Part shown: positions 23,780 through 36,203 of the stretch, piece after piece | How positions within the stretch are numbered: the stretch's first letter is position 1 | Layout of the letters: every line of letters starts with the position of its first letter | NCBI RefSeq assembly: GCF_006345805.1 | Contig: NC_042998.1 | Location: forward strand, 55,924,001-55,988,000 | Origin: Octopus sinensis | Taxonomy: Eukaryota | Length of the DNA stretch: 64,000 nt | Direction: 5' to 3' | The notes under the pieces: model-generated | The model's database searches: none | The model's input: only the letters and a program-made list of their open reading frames with translations | Told to the model about the DNA's origin: nothing | Program-made: the position numbers and the translations under genes

Positions 23780-25560
23780 GCCTCACTACTAAAGATATTA
23801 TGCATATGTTATTTTCCTTATCAAATTAGACATGCCATTCAGAAAGTCCTGTGGGCTGCAGTTTACTAATGGCTGTTGTACCGGCTCAAAAATAGTCCCT
23901 AACACATCATTGTTTCTGTATTTTGTCATTGTATTATGGATAGCAAAATTTAGGTGGTACCCATAACAATGGATATAGATGATATAATGGTAATCAGTAT
24001 CAGATTTTAAAAGAAGTACTGGAATTGATTGCTCTAGTATGGCTACATTCCTACAGAAATAAAAAAAAAAGTCTTCTGCATGATTTTGATGAGATTTATT
24101 GTGGGGAGAAAATAACAGGATCTTGATAAAAGTTTTCAAGCAATCTTGCTTCCATATTATTTCCTGTTGATGTACCATATCTAACTCTTGTGTTTTGTGT
24201 TTTGCATTTATTCAATGCTTCTCCATTTCATCATGGCCTGCTTATGACAGGCACTTCTCATGTGGTTTTCTGATCCACTTTAGTTTTTTACTAGCTATCA
24301 AAAATAAAAGTGTTATGCTTGCACATTTTGCAAGAATAATACAAAGTTTGCCATTTGTCAATGTCATAAGTATGCTAATGACTAAGTGTAAAGTATTCAC
24401 TATTAAAATTTTTCAGACTGGAACGATCATCAAATAACTTTGATTCATTGTATTGTGTCACAGTTTGTTGATTGGGTTAAGTTTCAAGTGATTCATCATC
24501 ATCATCATCGTTTAATGTCTGCTTTCCATGCTAGCATGGGTTGGACGATTTGACTAAGGTCTGGCAAACCAGATGGCTGCACCTGACCCCAATCTGATCT
24601 GGCAGAGTTTCTACAGCTGGATGCCCTTCCTAACACCAACCACTCCGAGAGTGTAGTGGATGCTTTTACATGCCACCGGCATGAGGGCCAGTCAGGCAGT
24701 ACTGGCAATGGCCACGCTCAAATGGTGCTTTTTATGTGTCACCTGCACAGGAGCCAGTCCAGTGACACTAGCAACGACCTCACTCAAATGTTTTTCATGT
24801 GCAAACCAGCACAAGTTCCAGTAAGGCGACGCAGGTAACGATTATAGATAGATATCTTACTTTTATCATTATGCCATTATTCTTCACCTGAAAGATTTGG
24901 TGCTGACTTTTTTTGTTTTTAAGTGCTCAGTATCTGTTGTGATTTTTCAGGCATTGGTGTAAAAAGTCACAATCTCAATGCCAAGAATAGTCCTAATCTG
25001 CTTTTCTTTCTATTCATTAATGTTTGCTTACTGCATTCTGCAAATTTAATGCCTTTTTGATAAAGCCATTTTTGTTTTCCCCATAGAGAGTTTTAGCATA
25101 CTCAATTTTGTTATGGTGCCCAGCAAGAAATAAACCTAAACACATTCTGGGAAAAGCACCTCCCACCTCTTCAGCACTGCTTAACATCACTATAAATCGA
25201 TTAGAGTGAGCATAATCAGCTTCCTGTCCCTGGAAATTGTTTGTACATTGTTACATCAAAAGCTGAATACTGAAAGATTGAAAAGCTCCAAGACCTTTTG
25301 TAACGAATGAAAACAAAAAGGGACTGTAACATAGGAATTAATTGGGAGAAATAAAAGACTGTTAGATTAATTCTGCTACTCCTGAAAAAAATAATTATGA
25401 AGACAAATTCAAGATGGTTGTTTCTCAAAAATCTTGGTTTGCTATCTGATAGCAATTAATTATATCATCATTACTAATTTGTTTCTTTTCGCTTTCCCTG
25501 ATTTTTTTCTTCATGCATTTCTCTTAAAGATATCCTAATCGGCATGAAAACATGATATAA
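23780..25560 (-). pseudogene. hAT (ZMYM1-like) transposase relic, interrupted by a family C SINE
   Basis: ORF 23798-24178(-) contains YIHCYGYHLNFAI, matching the hAT YxHCxxHxLNL motif. The extension beyond ~24480 is weakly supported. Confidence 0.45.
24498..24842 (-). mobile_element. SINE family C
   Basis: (CAT)n-CGTTTAATGTCTGCTTTCCATGCTAGCATGGG...CAGCTGGATGCCCTTCC. Confidence 0.85.
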
Positions 25561-27049
25561 GTTAATAGTGCTTATCTAAGACATTTGATAAAATCATGAT
25601 TAAGGATAATGTAGCAAACTGCACAAAGTGTATATTGGTCATTATCACATATAGCATTTGTTTAACATCTACTTTTCCATGTTTGCATTGGTCAGACAGA
25701 ATTTTGTTGAGGCAAATTTTCCTTGTGTGTGTGTGCGTGAGACAGAGAGAGAGAGACAAGCTTCTCACAAGGCTTTGGTTGGCCTAAAGCTATTGTAGAA
25801 GACACTTGCTCAAGGTGCTATACAGTAGGACTGAACCTGAGACAATATTCGTTGGGGAAACAAGCTTTTTAACCATATAGCTAAACCTATTAAAACCTAG
25901 TTGAAGCAATTCAATTTTGTCAAAACATAGACAAATAATAATTATCCGTGACAGATTAGTTGACAAGTCTAATAATCTTTGCAATAACTATGGTCAAGAA
26001 GTTAACTTGGAATCCTTTTGGTGTCAGTATTGGTACAATGCACATGGCTGAAGGTGCCAATCTTACTGGTTTGTATTTACTTTTAAAGATAAAGATTGAT
26101 TTCCAAGGGTAGAATAGAGGTTATATTAGAAAGGACTTTTAGCCCTGACTGATTATAACCACAAAACTGTTGATAGGATAAGAAAGGATAGTACTCTCTT
26201 TTTAAAAAATAAATCCTTTCTTTAACTGTTAAAACCAACACACAGCTTGTAGATTTCCTAGGTGTTATCTTGATTCTTTCTACAGAGCATTTTTACCATT
26301 TCCCTAAGCCTAACAAAACCTTGAACCAAGCAAGCCATTTTTCTTATCTCTCTAGGAATATAAAATAACATGGTGAAAAATATATCATTGAAGCTGTGGA
26401 GCATTTCCACCAATGAGAAAAGTTCATTCTTATTCTACTTATCTGCTTTACAAGGAATGATTTCAGGTATAATGTATTCGATTAATGATAACAGTAAGGT
26501 TTCTGAAAAATAGACATTGATATAGATGTATGACTCGGTTTAAAGTATCTTTCAGTATAGAGATTGCTTTAATCCAACTTACAGATTTTGCTTTTCATTG
26601 ATAGATAGGAAATTTTCCATCTCACCATAAGATCTCACAAAATTATAAGCAGAGATATGGAAAAATGACCATATACAACAATGCTAAATTTGGCTCTCAG
26701 AGTATAGTTTTTTCTAAAATAGATAAAATATTGAGTAACAGTATTTTATCATTTTAAGCATTAAATCCTCAATAGAAAGTTAGAGAAAAACTTCATTGGA
26801 ATAAAATGCATAAAACATTCCTCCTAAATGTCAATTTAAGGTTATTGTTTTAAACAATGAAAGTAGACTTAAATTTATTGTATAATTAATTTAGGCTGGG
26901 GCTTTAAATTTTGCCCCATGATTTATTCAACCAGGAGTTGAATGAGTCTCCAGGCAAAACTCGAAGTCCCCCTCAAAATAAGTTTCCTCTATTGTCCACT
27001 AACTGAATGCATCCCTCTATCATACTCTTGCTTTTCAACACCTGGCATA

Positions 27050-27305
27050 AGCTGCCACCTACCTCAATACCCTTCCCTCTCAATCAAGGAGTCTTCTACT
27101 TGACAACCTCACTGGTGTCAGTGATGCGAAAAAGCAGTCAGTACACTCTATGAAGTGGTTCTCATTATGAAGGACATCCAACCAAAAAAACCCATACCAA
27201 AACAGACATTGGAGTGTGATACAGTTCTCTGACCTATTAGATCCTGTCTAGCCATCTAACCTATGCCAGCATAGAACACAGAAGCTAAATGCTAATGATG
27301 ATGAT
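27050..27305 (+). mobile_element. Old SINE family C copy
   Basis: GTGGTTCTCATTATGAAGGACATCCAACC...GCCAGCATAGAACACAGAAGCTAAATGCTAATGATGATG. Confidence 0.55.
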
Positions 27306-27358
27306 TGATATATATATATATATATATGAATGTGTGTGCATATATATATATATATTAT

Positions 27359-27395
<37 letters not shown>

Positions 27396-27649
27396 TAATG
27401 GTATTCCACCCTAATGAAACACCCACACAGTTGTTGTTGAGAAGAATTCAACTGTATAATAATTATAAAGAATGATCTTTGAATATAACTCAGCAACTTA
27501 AAGGCTGTTGTGCAGTGCAGAAACAAATGTTGTGATCTACATTTGTTGTTAACCTCCATCGCCATGTTATATCATCCTTGTGTATACATACATACATGCA
27601 TATATAAATTTATATATAATATATTACATAGATAGATAGATATCATCAT

Positions 27650-27690
<41 letters not shown>

Positions 27691-28091
27691 TATATTGGAA
27701 GGAGTCATGGTGATGATAATTAGTCAATATTTCATTAATGGTAAAGAATATGTTTATACCCCTTTGTGCTTTCATTTTTAGTCCAAGAATACTTCATGTG
27801 TGACCCATCATTTTTGTTGGACTTCCATTCAACAGGCAATCGACCAACTTTGGCTTCAATTTCAGGGTTCCTCAAGTATTACTACCAAATGAATGATAAT
27901 CTAACTGAGGTATAATAATCTAACCATTGCATCGTTAACTCGTGACACAGACTTTTCTACAATGGTAGTAAAGGCACCTAAAAGCCTTCGCTTCCAATAT
28001 AGCCATTAATTATTTACATTGAAAATATGGATATGCACTACTCTGTATATATAATAGCTTGGAAATCTGCAGAGAATATTCTGGTTTCTTA

Positions 28092-28490
28092 GGGCAGCGA
28101 GCTGGCAGAATTGTTAGCATGCCGGGTGAAATGCTTAGCGGTATTTCGTCTGCCATTACGTTCTGAGTTCAAATTCTGCCAAGGTCGACTTTGCCTTTCA
28201 TCCTTTCGGGGTCGATAAATTAAGTACCAGTTACGCAGTGGGGTCAATATAATCGACTTAATCCGTTCATCTGTCCTTGTTTGTCCTCTCTGTGTTTAGC
28301 CCCTTGTGGGTAGTAAAGAAATAGGTATTTTGTCTGTCTTTACGTTCTGAGTTCAAATTCCGCCGAGGTCGGCTTTGCTTTTCAGGGTCGATAAATTAAG
28401 TACCAGTCGCATACTGGAGTTGATCTAATTGACTGGTTCCCTCCCCCAAAATTTTGGGCCTTGTGCCTAGAGTAGAAAAGAATATTCTAG
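28092..28490 (+). mobile_element. SINE family B (double core)
   Basis: GGCAGCGAGCTGGCAGAA head; ends GGGCCTTGTGCCTAGAGTAGAAAAGAATATT. Confidence 0.85.
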
Positions 28491-28499
28491 TTTCTTCCA

Positions 28500-28950
28500 T
28501 ATTTGCACTTTGCTACTTCTGAAAACTTGCAAACCAGTCCTTACTACCTTTAAGCGTTTTATCTTCAGCCTATTTTTTTCTTTAGTTCATCAAAAATAGA
28601 CTTTTCCTTATTATAAATAATACTTGACTCGCGAGAATTTATTTCTGGTTCAAATTTGCGACTTACAATGTTAATCACATCTCCATTTGTTCTTGCTAAT
28701 TTACCACAAGAATAACTCTCATTGCACTTACTCTAGTAGCTTGTTGCATTGAAGTTTTATTTTCTCTGCATTTTTTGTGATCAGCATAACAGTCGGTGGC
28801 AGTATAAATTCGTAGACCTACAAACACTAGACCAGCTTTTACCAACTTTCGTTTGACATATGGTATTCATTTTCTTTTTTAAACTTGTGTCTTGGTCTGA
28901 TATCTTGACTGGAGCACTCAGATTTTCAGATTTACTAATCTTCTATTTGA
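28500..28950 (-). pseudogene. Tigger/pogo-like transposase N-terminal relic
   Basis: Minus-strand KEKSIFDELKKK...EDKTLKGSKDWFASFQK (cf. CENP-B-type F.ASKGWF..FK.R). Confidence 0.45.
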
Positions 28951-29529
28951 GACATACAGTTTTTTTTTGTTTTTTTTTTTTTTACTTTTTGCCATATTGT
29001 GAAACTGTAACTTTACTTTAATATTATGGATTATTGTATGAACAGTAAACATTCTGGAATATGTAAGCAAAGAAACAGTGCATATAATCACTGCTAAATT
29101 ACATAAACAGCATTTATAATTAGTGATAGATAACTTTACTGATTATCTTATATGAATTCTTAGAATATAACAGGTCTCATTGGAAAAGAAACGATAATAT
29201 ATGTGTTCTTCACAAAGAATAGAAATTATAAAAAAAAAAACAGTTACATTTCTAAATGTTCACCTTATCTTTGTATTAATTTTGTAGAAGAAATTGCACT
29301 GGTATCATAATGATGGCAAAAATTGGGTAAATTTTAAACCAGGCTTTTTATCACTCAGTTAAATCACACTAGCATAAACTCAAGTCAGTCTGTAAATCTA
29401 TGTATTTTTGGATGTTGATTGTGTGTGTGTGCACGTAAGCACATGCATGTGCAAGCGTGTGTGTGTGTGTACTCATAGAAATATATGTGTATGTTTATAT
29501 ACATGTGTGTATGGGTAAATATATATATA

Positions 29530-29730
29530 TATTATGTGTCCGCGTGTGTATCATTGGCGATTTTCTTTCTCCGTCTTCCCTTCCTTGGACCTTTCCTTTT
29601 TCTATGTTTCTGACGAAGAGCTCCGCTTGAAACATTAAATCCTCCTTCTTTCTTTCTTTTCCTGAGCGTCCAATTACACTGTACTTGTTCCACGTCCTCA
29701 CGTTGTTGTGTTTTTTCTTTGTTCATGTTT
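29530..29730 (+). mobile_element. PLE-derived terminal (pLTR-like) element carrying a hammerhead-like motif
   Basis: Bounded by (TA)n runs; contains GTTT-CTGACGA-A-GAGC-TCC-GCTT-GAAAC-ATT-AAAT. Confidence 0.55.
29606..29640 (+). ncRNA. Minimal type I hammerhead-like motif, apparently CpG-decayed
   Basis: Core CUGACGA...GAAA, stem II GAGC/GCUU, stem I GUUU/AAA(U). The stem III palindrome ACGU is altered to ACAU. Confidence 0.55.
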
Positions 29731-29737
29731 GGATTAA

Positions 29738-29947
29738 CTATATATATAACGGGAAGGTTTATGAAAATAAACAAAAGACGAAGGCAGGTGGAGTACAAAC
29801 AAACAAATGTATTAGTATGGCGCTCAGGAATAGAAATAGAACAAGTCTTTTACGTTTCGAGCCTACGCTCTTCAACAGAAAGATACACAGAAAAGAAACA
29901 AGGAGAGAGAAAAAATGCGTGTAGGAGCTAACGGTCCATTATGGCGT
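29738..29947 (-). mobile_element. Second PLE-derived terminal element, inverted relative to the first
   Basis: Homologous to the 3' end of the GIY-YIG remnant at 22900-23100; flanked by (TA)n. Confidence 0.6.
29846..29883 (-). ncRNA. Minimal type I hammerhead-like motif with CUGUUGA core
   Basis: Minus strand TCTTT-CTGTTGA-A-GAGC-GTAG-GCTC-GAAA-CGTA-AAAGA: stem I UCUUU/AAAGA, stem II GAGC/GCUC, palindromic ACGU stem III, GUA cleavage triplet. Confidence 0.65.
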
Positions 29948-29996
29948 TATATATATACATATATATACATACAGACACACACAGAGTAACCAAATA

Positions 29997-30355
29997 AAGA
30001 ATGATATTCATATAATACTTTACTTATTTACATATGTTTCAACTGATTCAATGAACTGTATGCACTACATATCATCATAGGCTTCATGCTTAATCAGTCA
30101 ATTAATTGATCAATTAATCAGCCAGTTTATGGAAAAGTAATCTCATGAAACCATTCACTTCAGAACAGTCATCTCAAAAACTATTCTCAAAAGAGAATGG
30201 TTTCATGAAATGACTGTTTCATAAACTGGTTGATTACTTGATCAATTGATCGATCGATTAAGCTTGCACACCATGCATGATATGTAGAGGATAAAGTTCA
30301 CTGAATTAATTGATACATATGTAAAAAAATATAGTAATATATGAATATTATTCTT
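29997..30355. mobile_element. Old palindromic MITE (~360 bp)
   Basis: Imperfect arms AAGAATGATATTCATATAATACT / AGTAATATATGAATATTATTCTT; inner pairs CCAGTTTATG / CATAAACTGG and CATGAAACCATTC / GAATGGTTTCATG. Confidence 0.7.
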
Positions 30356-32879
30356 CATTATGTTGTGTCTTGAGAGAATCAATACATCAATATCAATAAC
30401 ACGTGTACTAGTTCAATTCCACTTCTTTATCTAGCTTAAAAGTTGCACTCTATGCAGACTTTTAAGCTAGCTTCTACAGAGGGCTAAACTAAGGAGAGCT
30501 GAATAGCATGACTGTATGTCTATATATGTCTATAATGACTATATGTCCCAGTGGTGTGTGCTCAGACATTAAGGACGGATGAGAATTAATTCTGTAATGC
30601 AACTATTTTGTTGTTCCAGTCCCAAGTTGAATTCCAACTGTTGACCGCTTTGTTCCAAAGTTCTTATCTCAACATAAAATTAATGAAGCAAATGTCGCTT
30701 ATCTCCCGCTTGATCTCTGACCAAGATGTTGTGAATCAGCCAAGCTTTACCTGCTAGAAATAGCATCCCAAATACTTTTAAATCAGATTCCAATGTTAGA
30801 TGTTCAAGAACCAAATAAAAGGAAGATTTTCAATCCCGGGATCATCCTGATTCCAAAAAGGGTATAATATGTCTATGTAGAACAAATGTAGACTGGGATA
30901 CAGGGGTCAGGGGTCCGAACAGACAGAATTAATATATATAGGTAAATATTTATCCAACTAACTAATTACTCATTTGTTTAACTTGTTGGTAAACAGTCAA
31001 CCCCCTTTTTTCTTTTTTTCCCATAACCTTTTCAGTGACTCGGTCTCCTGCTTTGCTATGGAAGTGAGGCTGTCTTTGCCTGCCTGAGCATTCTTTATTT
31101 GATTACTATTATATTTGTGATTAATTTAACTACCTATCAATTGAATATCTTGAGTTTTATAGTTGGCACCTGTCACAAAGTATGAATAATCTATTTGGAT
31201 TACTATACTCTTTAATGGACATTTTGTTGGCCAAGTTTATCATGTTGTGTGTTAACTGAGGTATTAACCTGGATTTATTCAACCTGTATTTTCCTTCACT
31301 ACATACATATTGATAATGTGTATATGGGGGGAGCAGTGTGTATATGTGCAGGCATGGCTGAATGTTTAAGAAAGTTGCTTTACAATTGTACAGTTTTGGT
31401 TTCAATACTACAACATGGCACAATGGACAAGTCTTCGACTGATCAATAATTTGTGAGTGAAATTTTGTAAACAAATACTATACAAAAAAGTCTGTAAGAA
31501 GAGTACAAAAGTGAGGCAGACCACTTAGGGTGGCTCCGTAAATCACCAGATCTCAATATAATTTAACATTTATGATCTATCTTGGAGTAGCAATGGAGAA
31601 GCCACTTCCCTCTGCCATCATTGCTGAAAGAGCTAAAGTAGGTTTTTACTTGAAGAATGGCTCAAATTTCCCCTAACAAACCATTCATACCTGTATGAGT
31701 CAATTAATCGATTCCTCGTGTGTTAAATTTGTGATTGAAGCCAAAGGTGACCAGCTCCATTATTAAATTATAAAACTTCAATTTAACACTGTTTCCATTA
31801 TTTTATCTACCTCGTGTGTGGGTGTGTGTATACACAATATATATATATATAATATGAATTAGAGATAAAACCACTATTATGCAACTCAAACAGTGATAGC
31901 AATAAACCAATACATAAATAACTAATAATATATATAATTAATAAATATATAATATATATATATATATATTTTCCAAAGAGTATAAAATGAATGAATATAA
32001 TATAATAATATAATATATATTAGTCATTAATTAAATCTTCACCACCACTACTATTTATCATCATCAACACCAAAGCCAATATAGCCATTACCATTAATAA
32101 CCTTGAATCGCAGCATCTCTCATTTACTCAAAGTATTATCACTTACACTACACCTGTCGAATCTCCGAATCTCTACAATTCAGAAGGTGGGGGTGTATCA
32201 TTATGTCTTTAACTGAACCACAGACGATAATTATAACGCGGTGTAATTCATTTTAGTAGTCGCCTACATAAAATGATGATCAAATTGTAAATTCGGTGAA
32301 TGATGTATGTCGTCTATGTGATCCGTTAGTTTTACACAAGGGTTCGTTGTTTACATACATATACGGCAACTTAACCTTGTTGTAATATACCAAATCGAAT
32401 TTTTGGAATATTTAAAGATATATATGTTCGTACCGCTCATCATTTATTTTATATTTCCAGTGACCGAATGAAAAGGAATTTAATAAGCTTCTTTTTTAAC
32501 CCATAAAGCGCTGGGATTTGCACTTATATGGACTGCTGAGCACATTTTATGAAAATGAGACTACTATGCTCACATAAAAAACAACAGATAAATAGTTTAA
32601 ATATCTTCTTAATGGTGGCAAGTTTTACATCATCTGAAAAGTTATTAGTTGAATTATCAGTCCCGTTGCATTCTGGGGCAGTATCAGAACATTTGAGTGA
32701 CATTAGAACCCAACAAACGCCCTTGAATCAAATGCATCTATCTGACCCACGATCGTGGCCTGACGACTACAAAATGTTTAACAGTGTTGAACAATGTATT
32801 AGATAATGGTAATTAAACTATTATAACCTGATGTATTAGGAGTTTTTGTTGTTGGTTTTTCAATAAAATTTACTGATAT

Positions 32880-33025
32880 ATAGGCGCAAGCATTCCTGTG
32901 TGGGAAGAAGCTTGCTTCTTAACCTCATGGTTCCGAGTTCAGTTCCACCTTGGGCAAGTGTCTTCTACTATAGCCTCGGACTGACCAAAGCCTTGTAGGT
33001 GGATTTGGTAGACGGAAACTGAAAC
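32880..33025 (+). mobile_element. SINE family A head only
   Basis: GGCGCAAGCATTCCTGTGTGGGAAGAAGCTTGC...GGATTTGGTAGACGGAAACTGAAA. Confidence 0.7.
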
Positions 33026-33171
33026 TAAGGTTTATTACATTATTGTATTTTTTTTTAAGTGGGTTGGGGGTAAATGGTGGGGAACGAGAAGAAGTCTTTC
33101 CCTATAACGCGCTGAGCAATAATTAATTTCGCTGATATATATGTGTGTGTGTGTGTGTATAAAATAATAAA

Positions 33172-33409
33172 TGCGCCCTTTTAAAGCCTAGCCAGGCTCA
33201 TGGGCCCGGTTTCCTGGTTTCAATAGCGTATGTGTTCCCCAGCTGGACGGGACGCCAGTCCATCGCAGCGTTACTCATTTTTCGCCAGCTGAGTGGACTG
33301 GAGCAATGTGAAATGAAGTGCTTTGCTCAAGAACACAACGCGCCGCCTGGTCCAGGAATCGAAACCACAATCTTACGATCATGATGCTGACACCCTAACC
33401 ATTAAGCCT

Positions 33410-33410
<1 letters not shown>
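33172..33410 (-). mobile_element. tRNA-headed SINE (family D) with V-domain-like segment
   Basis: Minus strand GGCTTAATGGTTAGGG...GGTTTCGATTCC (A/B boxes), then GCGATGGACTGGCGTCCCGTCCAG, similar to the V-SINE central motif. Confidence 0.7.
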
Positions 33411-33472
<62 letters not shown>

Positions 33473-33659
33473 TGTATGTATGTATTAACTTTCCCAGATC
33501 ATGGAAGGAAATACATATTTTGGTGAAATCGAAGTAGAGTGTGACAAAATAAGAAAAAAAATTTGAGAAACATTGGTATATTGTAAATAGAAATATTTCG
33601 TATAATGGTGTCTAACCATCCAAGCTACATTGCAAGTATTTGCTACTTAACTAAAGGTA

Positions 33660-33860
33660 ATATCGGTTTCAAATTTTGGCACAATTCCAGCAAGTTCGGG
33701 GAAAGGTGCAAGTCGATTATTATATCAGCCCTAGCCGTCAACTGGTATTAACTTTATCGATCCCAAAAGGATGAACGGCAAAGACGACCTCGGCGAAATT
33801 TGAACGTGAAGACGGACTAAATTCCGCAAAACATTTTGCCCAGCGTGCTAACGATTCTGT
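33660..33860 (-). mobile_element. SINE family B, single core
   Basis: AAGTCGATTAT...GAAAGGATGAACGGCAAAGACGACCTCGGCGAAATTTGAAC...GCGTGCTAACGATTCTG. Confidence 0.7.
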
Positions 33861-33889
33861 GGTCAATATACAAGTTGAGATCCGTTAAC

Positions 33890-35060
33890 GGAAAAAAAAA
33901 GACAGCCTCCTGCGTGTAAGAAAATATGTAGAGAACGAATAGGAAAAAAATGGCGCGACGAACGGTGGGAGGAAGGACTCTCAGAAAATTCACAAAATCC
34001 GTTTTTTCCCCCTCATAACTTTTAGGAAAATAGATATATATTGATGAAATTTTATATAAATACCGTTCAAATGACACAGATTACGATTATAAAGAAATTT
34101 CTGGGGGAAATGCTTTCCGAAGGGGCGAGGAGAGAATTTCGGAAAATTCATAAGATCCGTTTCAGGAAAATGGATATCTTTTAATGAAATTTTACAGAAA
34201 TACCTTTCAAACTGCATAAGATTACAATTATTAAGAAATTTATGGGGAAAATGTTTTCCGAAGGGGTGGGGAGAGGACTGTCGGAAAGTTTACACGATTT
34301 TTTTTTTTTACATAACTTTCAAGATCTAGTTTAGCGCCCGGTCACCAAAACGAAAAACACCCCAGTCTACTAGGTGTAAAATAACGTGCAGAAAACGAAT
34401 ATGGTAACAAAAATTTGCGCAAGGAGAAGACTTTCGGAAAATTCACACGATCTGATTTTTTTCCTCATAACTTTCAGGAAAATTGATATCTTTTCATGAA
34501 ATTTTACAGAAACACCTTTCAAACAACGTAGATTACGGTAATAAGGAAATTTGAGGAGAAAATGCTTTCTAAAGGGGTGGGGAGAGGACTCAAAAAGTTC
34601 ACACGATCCGTTTTTTCCCTGACTTTCAGGATTTAGTTTAGCGTCCGGGCACCAAAACGAAACAAACCAGTCTACTAGGTGTAAAAGAACGTGTAGAGAA
34701 CGAATATGAGAACAAAAATTTGCGTAAACGAATGGAGGTGGGTGAGTGGCGAGAGGACTTTCGGAAAATTCACACGAACCGATTTTTTTCCTCATAACTT
34801 TCAGGAAAATATTTTCCCCACAGATTTCTTTATAATCGTAATCTATGCCGTTTGAAAGGTATTTCTGTAAAATTTCAATAAAAGATATCCATTTTCCTAA
34901 AAGTTCTGAGAAAAAGAATCGGATCTTGTGAATTTTCCGAATGTCCTCTCTCTCTCCCCACCCGTTCGTTTGCACAGTTTTTTTGTTTTTTTTTTTCATA
35001 TTCGTTTTTAGTAAGACTTCTTTTGGAACCACCGCAAAACACCGCCTTTCTTTCCACACA
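33890..35060. repeat. Composite repeat: tandem ~150/300-bp units followed by an inverted unit (fold-back-like)
   Basis: Recurrent GGAAAATTCACA(A/C)GATCCG...CATAACTTTCAGGAAAA...TGAAATTTTACAGAAATACCTTTCAAA...AAGGGGTGGGGAGAGG; 34810-35000 is the reverse complement of the unit. Confidence 0.8.
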
Positions 35061-35736
35061 CACACCCACATACACACACACATATCGTTTACATATATCG
35101 TATACGTAGTTTTTCTCTGCGGTACTAGTTATAAAACGTTTCTTAAATTATCACGAAATGATAGTCTACTTCCTTCGCAATTCAATACCTTTTTTATAGA
35201 CGTGAATCAGACGAGCGTTATGGAGCGTATACATTATTTCTTTGTATTACTATCTTGTAGTACTAATTAATATTTGCCATACATTATTTCTTTGTATTAC
35301 TATCTTGTAGTACTAATTAATATTTGCCATTATTTATTTGTTATTGTTGTAATAGAATATACTATTTAAACTGTTATAATAATGTTCATGTTCAACTAAT
35401 ATCACTGCTACAGAATATTGATTTGGATGATATAAAAGCTAACATCTAAAATAGATTAATTACAGAAAATTTTCGTTCTGAAGTAACTTTTTTAAGCGCG
35501 TATTTATTTATTTATGTATATTTTTATCATGCTCATTTTTTTTTATGGTGTCCAGATTTTTATGTATACCAAAAGACAAAAAAATATCAGAGATCAAGAA
35601 TTAACAAAATCGTTGTTATAATTTTTTAACAAAAGTCTTTCTGTTAGAAACTCCTTAAGTTTAGGGGACTTATAAACTCCTTAAGTTTAGGGGACTTGCA
35701 GCTGCAGTATTACACACACACACACACACATATATA

Positions 35737-35885
35737 TTGAAAGAAGCAGACGATTGTTCTGTGACGTCATTCGTCATTAAGAACGCTCGTCCAAGATTTA
35801 AAAATCACACCATAAAAAATACTGTATGTGGACGAGCGTTCTTAATGACGAATGACGTCACAGAACAATCGTCTGCTTCTTTCAA
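35737..35885. repeat. Perfect inverted repeat, 57-bp arms and 35-nt loop
   Basis: 35737-35793 TTGAAAGAAGCAGACGATTGTTCTGTGACGTCATTCGTCATTAAGAACGCTCGTCCA is the exact reverse complement of 35829-35885. Confidence 0.95.
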
Positions 35886-36203
35886 AAATTCGAAAACGTT
35901 TAGTAACTTCAATTAGACAAGCTTTATGGTGAATATAAATTCTTTCGGATCCTTTTTGTTGCTGTCACAGATTTTGAAACTTAAACATTTTAAGAATCTA
36001 CGACATTTTTGTTTTAATTTTTAAAGTATTCTAATCAGAAGCTTATTACATTTACAGAATTTACAGCCACAGTAATGTGTGTGTGTGTTTTATGCATATG
36101 TACATAGATTTGTATATATACATGTATTTGTATGTATATGTACATATGTATGCGTAAATTTATATGTATGTACATATTTGTGCGCGTGTGTAAGGACGAA
36201 CGT

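Noticed and set aside
32549-32806. 85-aa ORF in non-repetitive sequence
   Set aside because: No recognisable motif and no consistent splice sites; length is compatible with chance.
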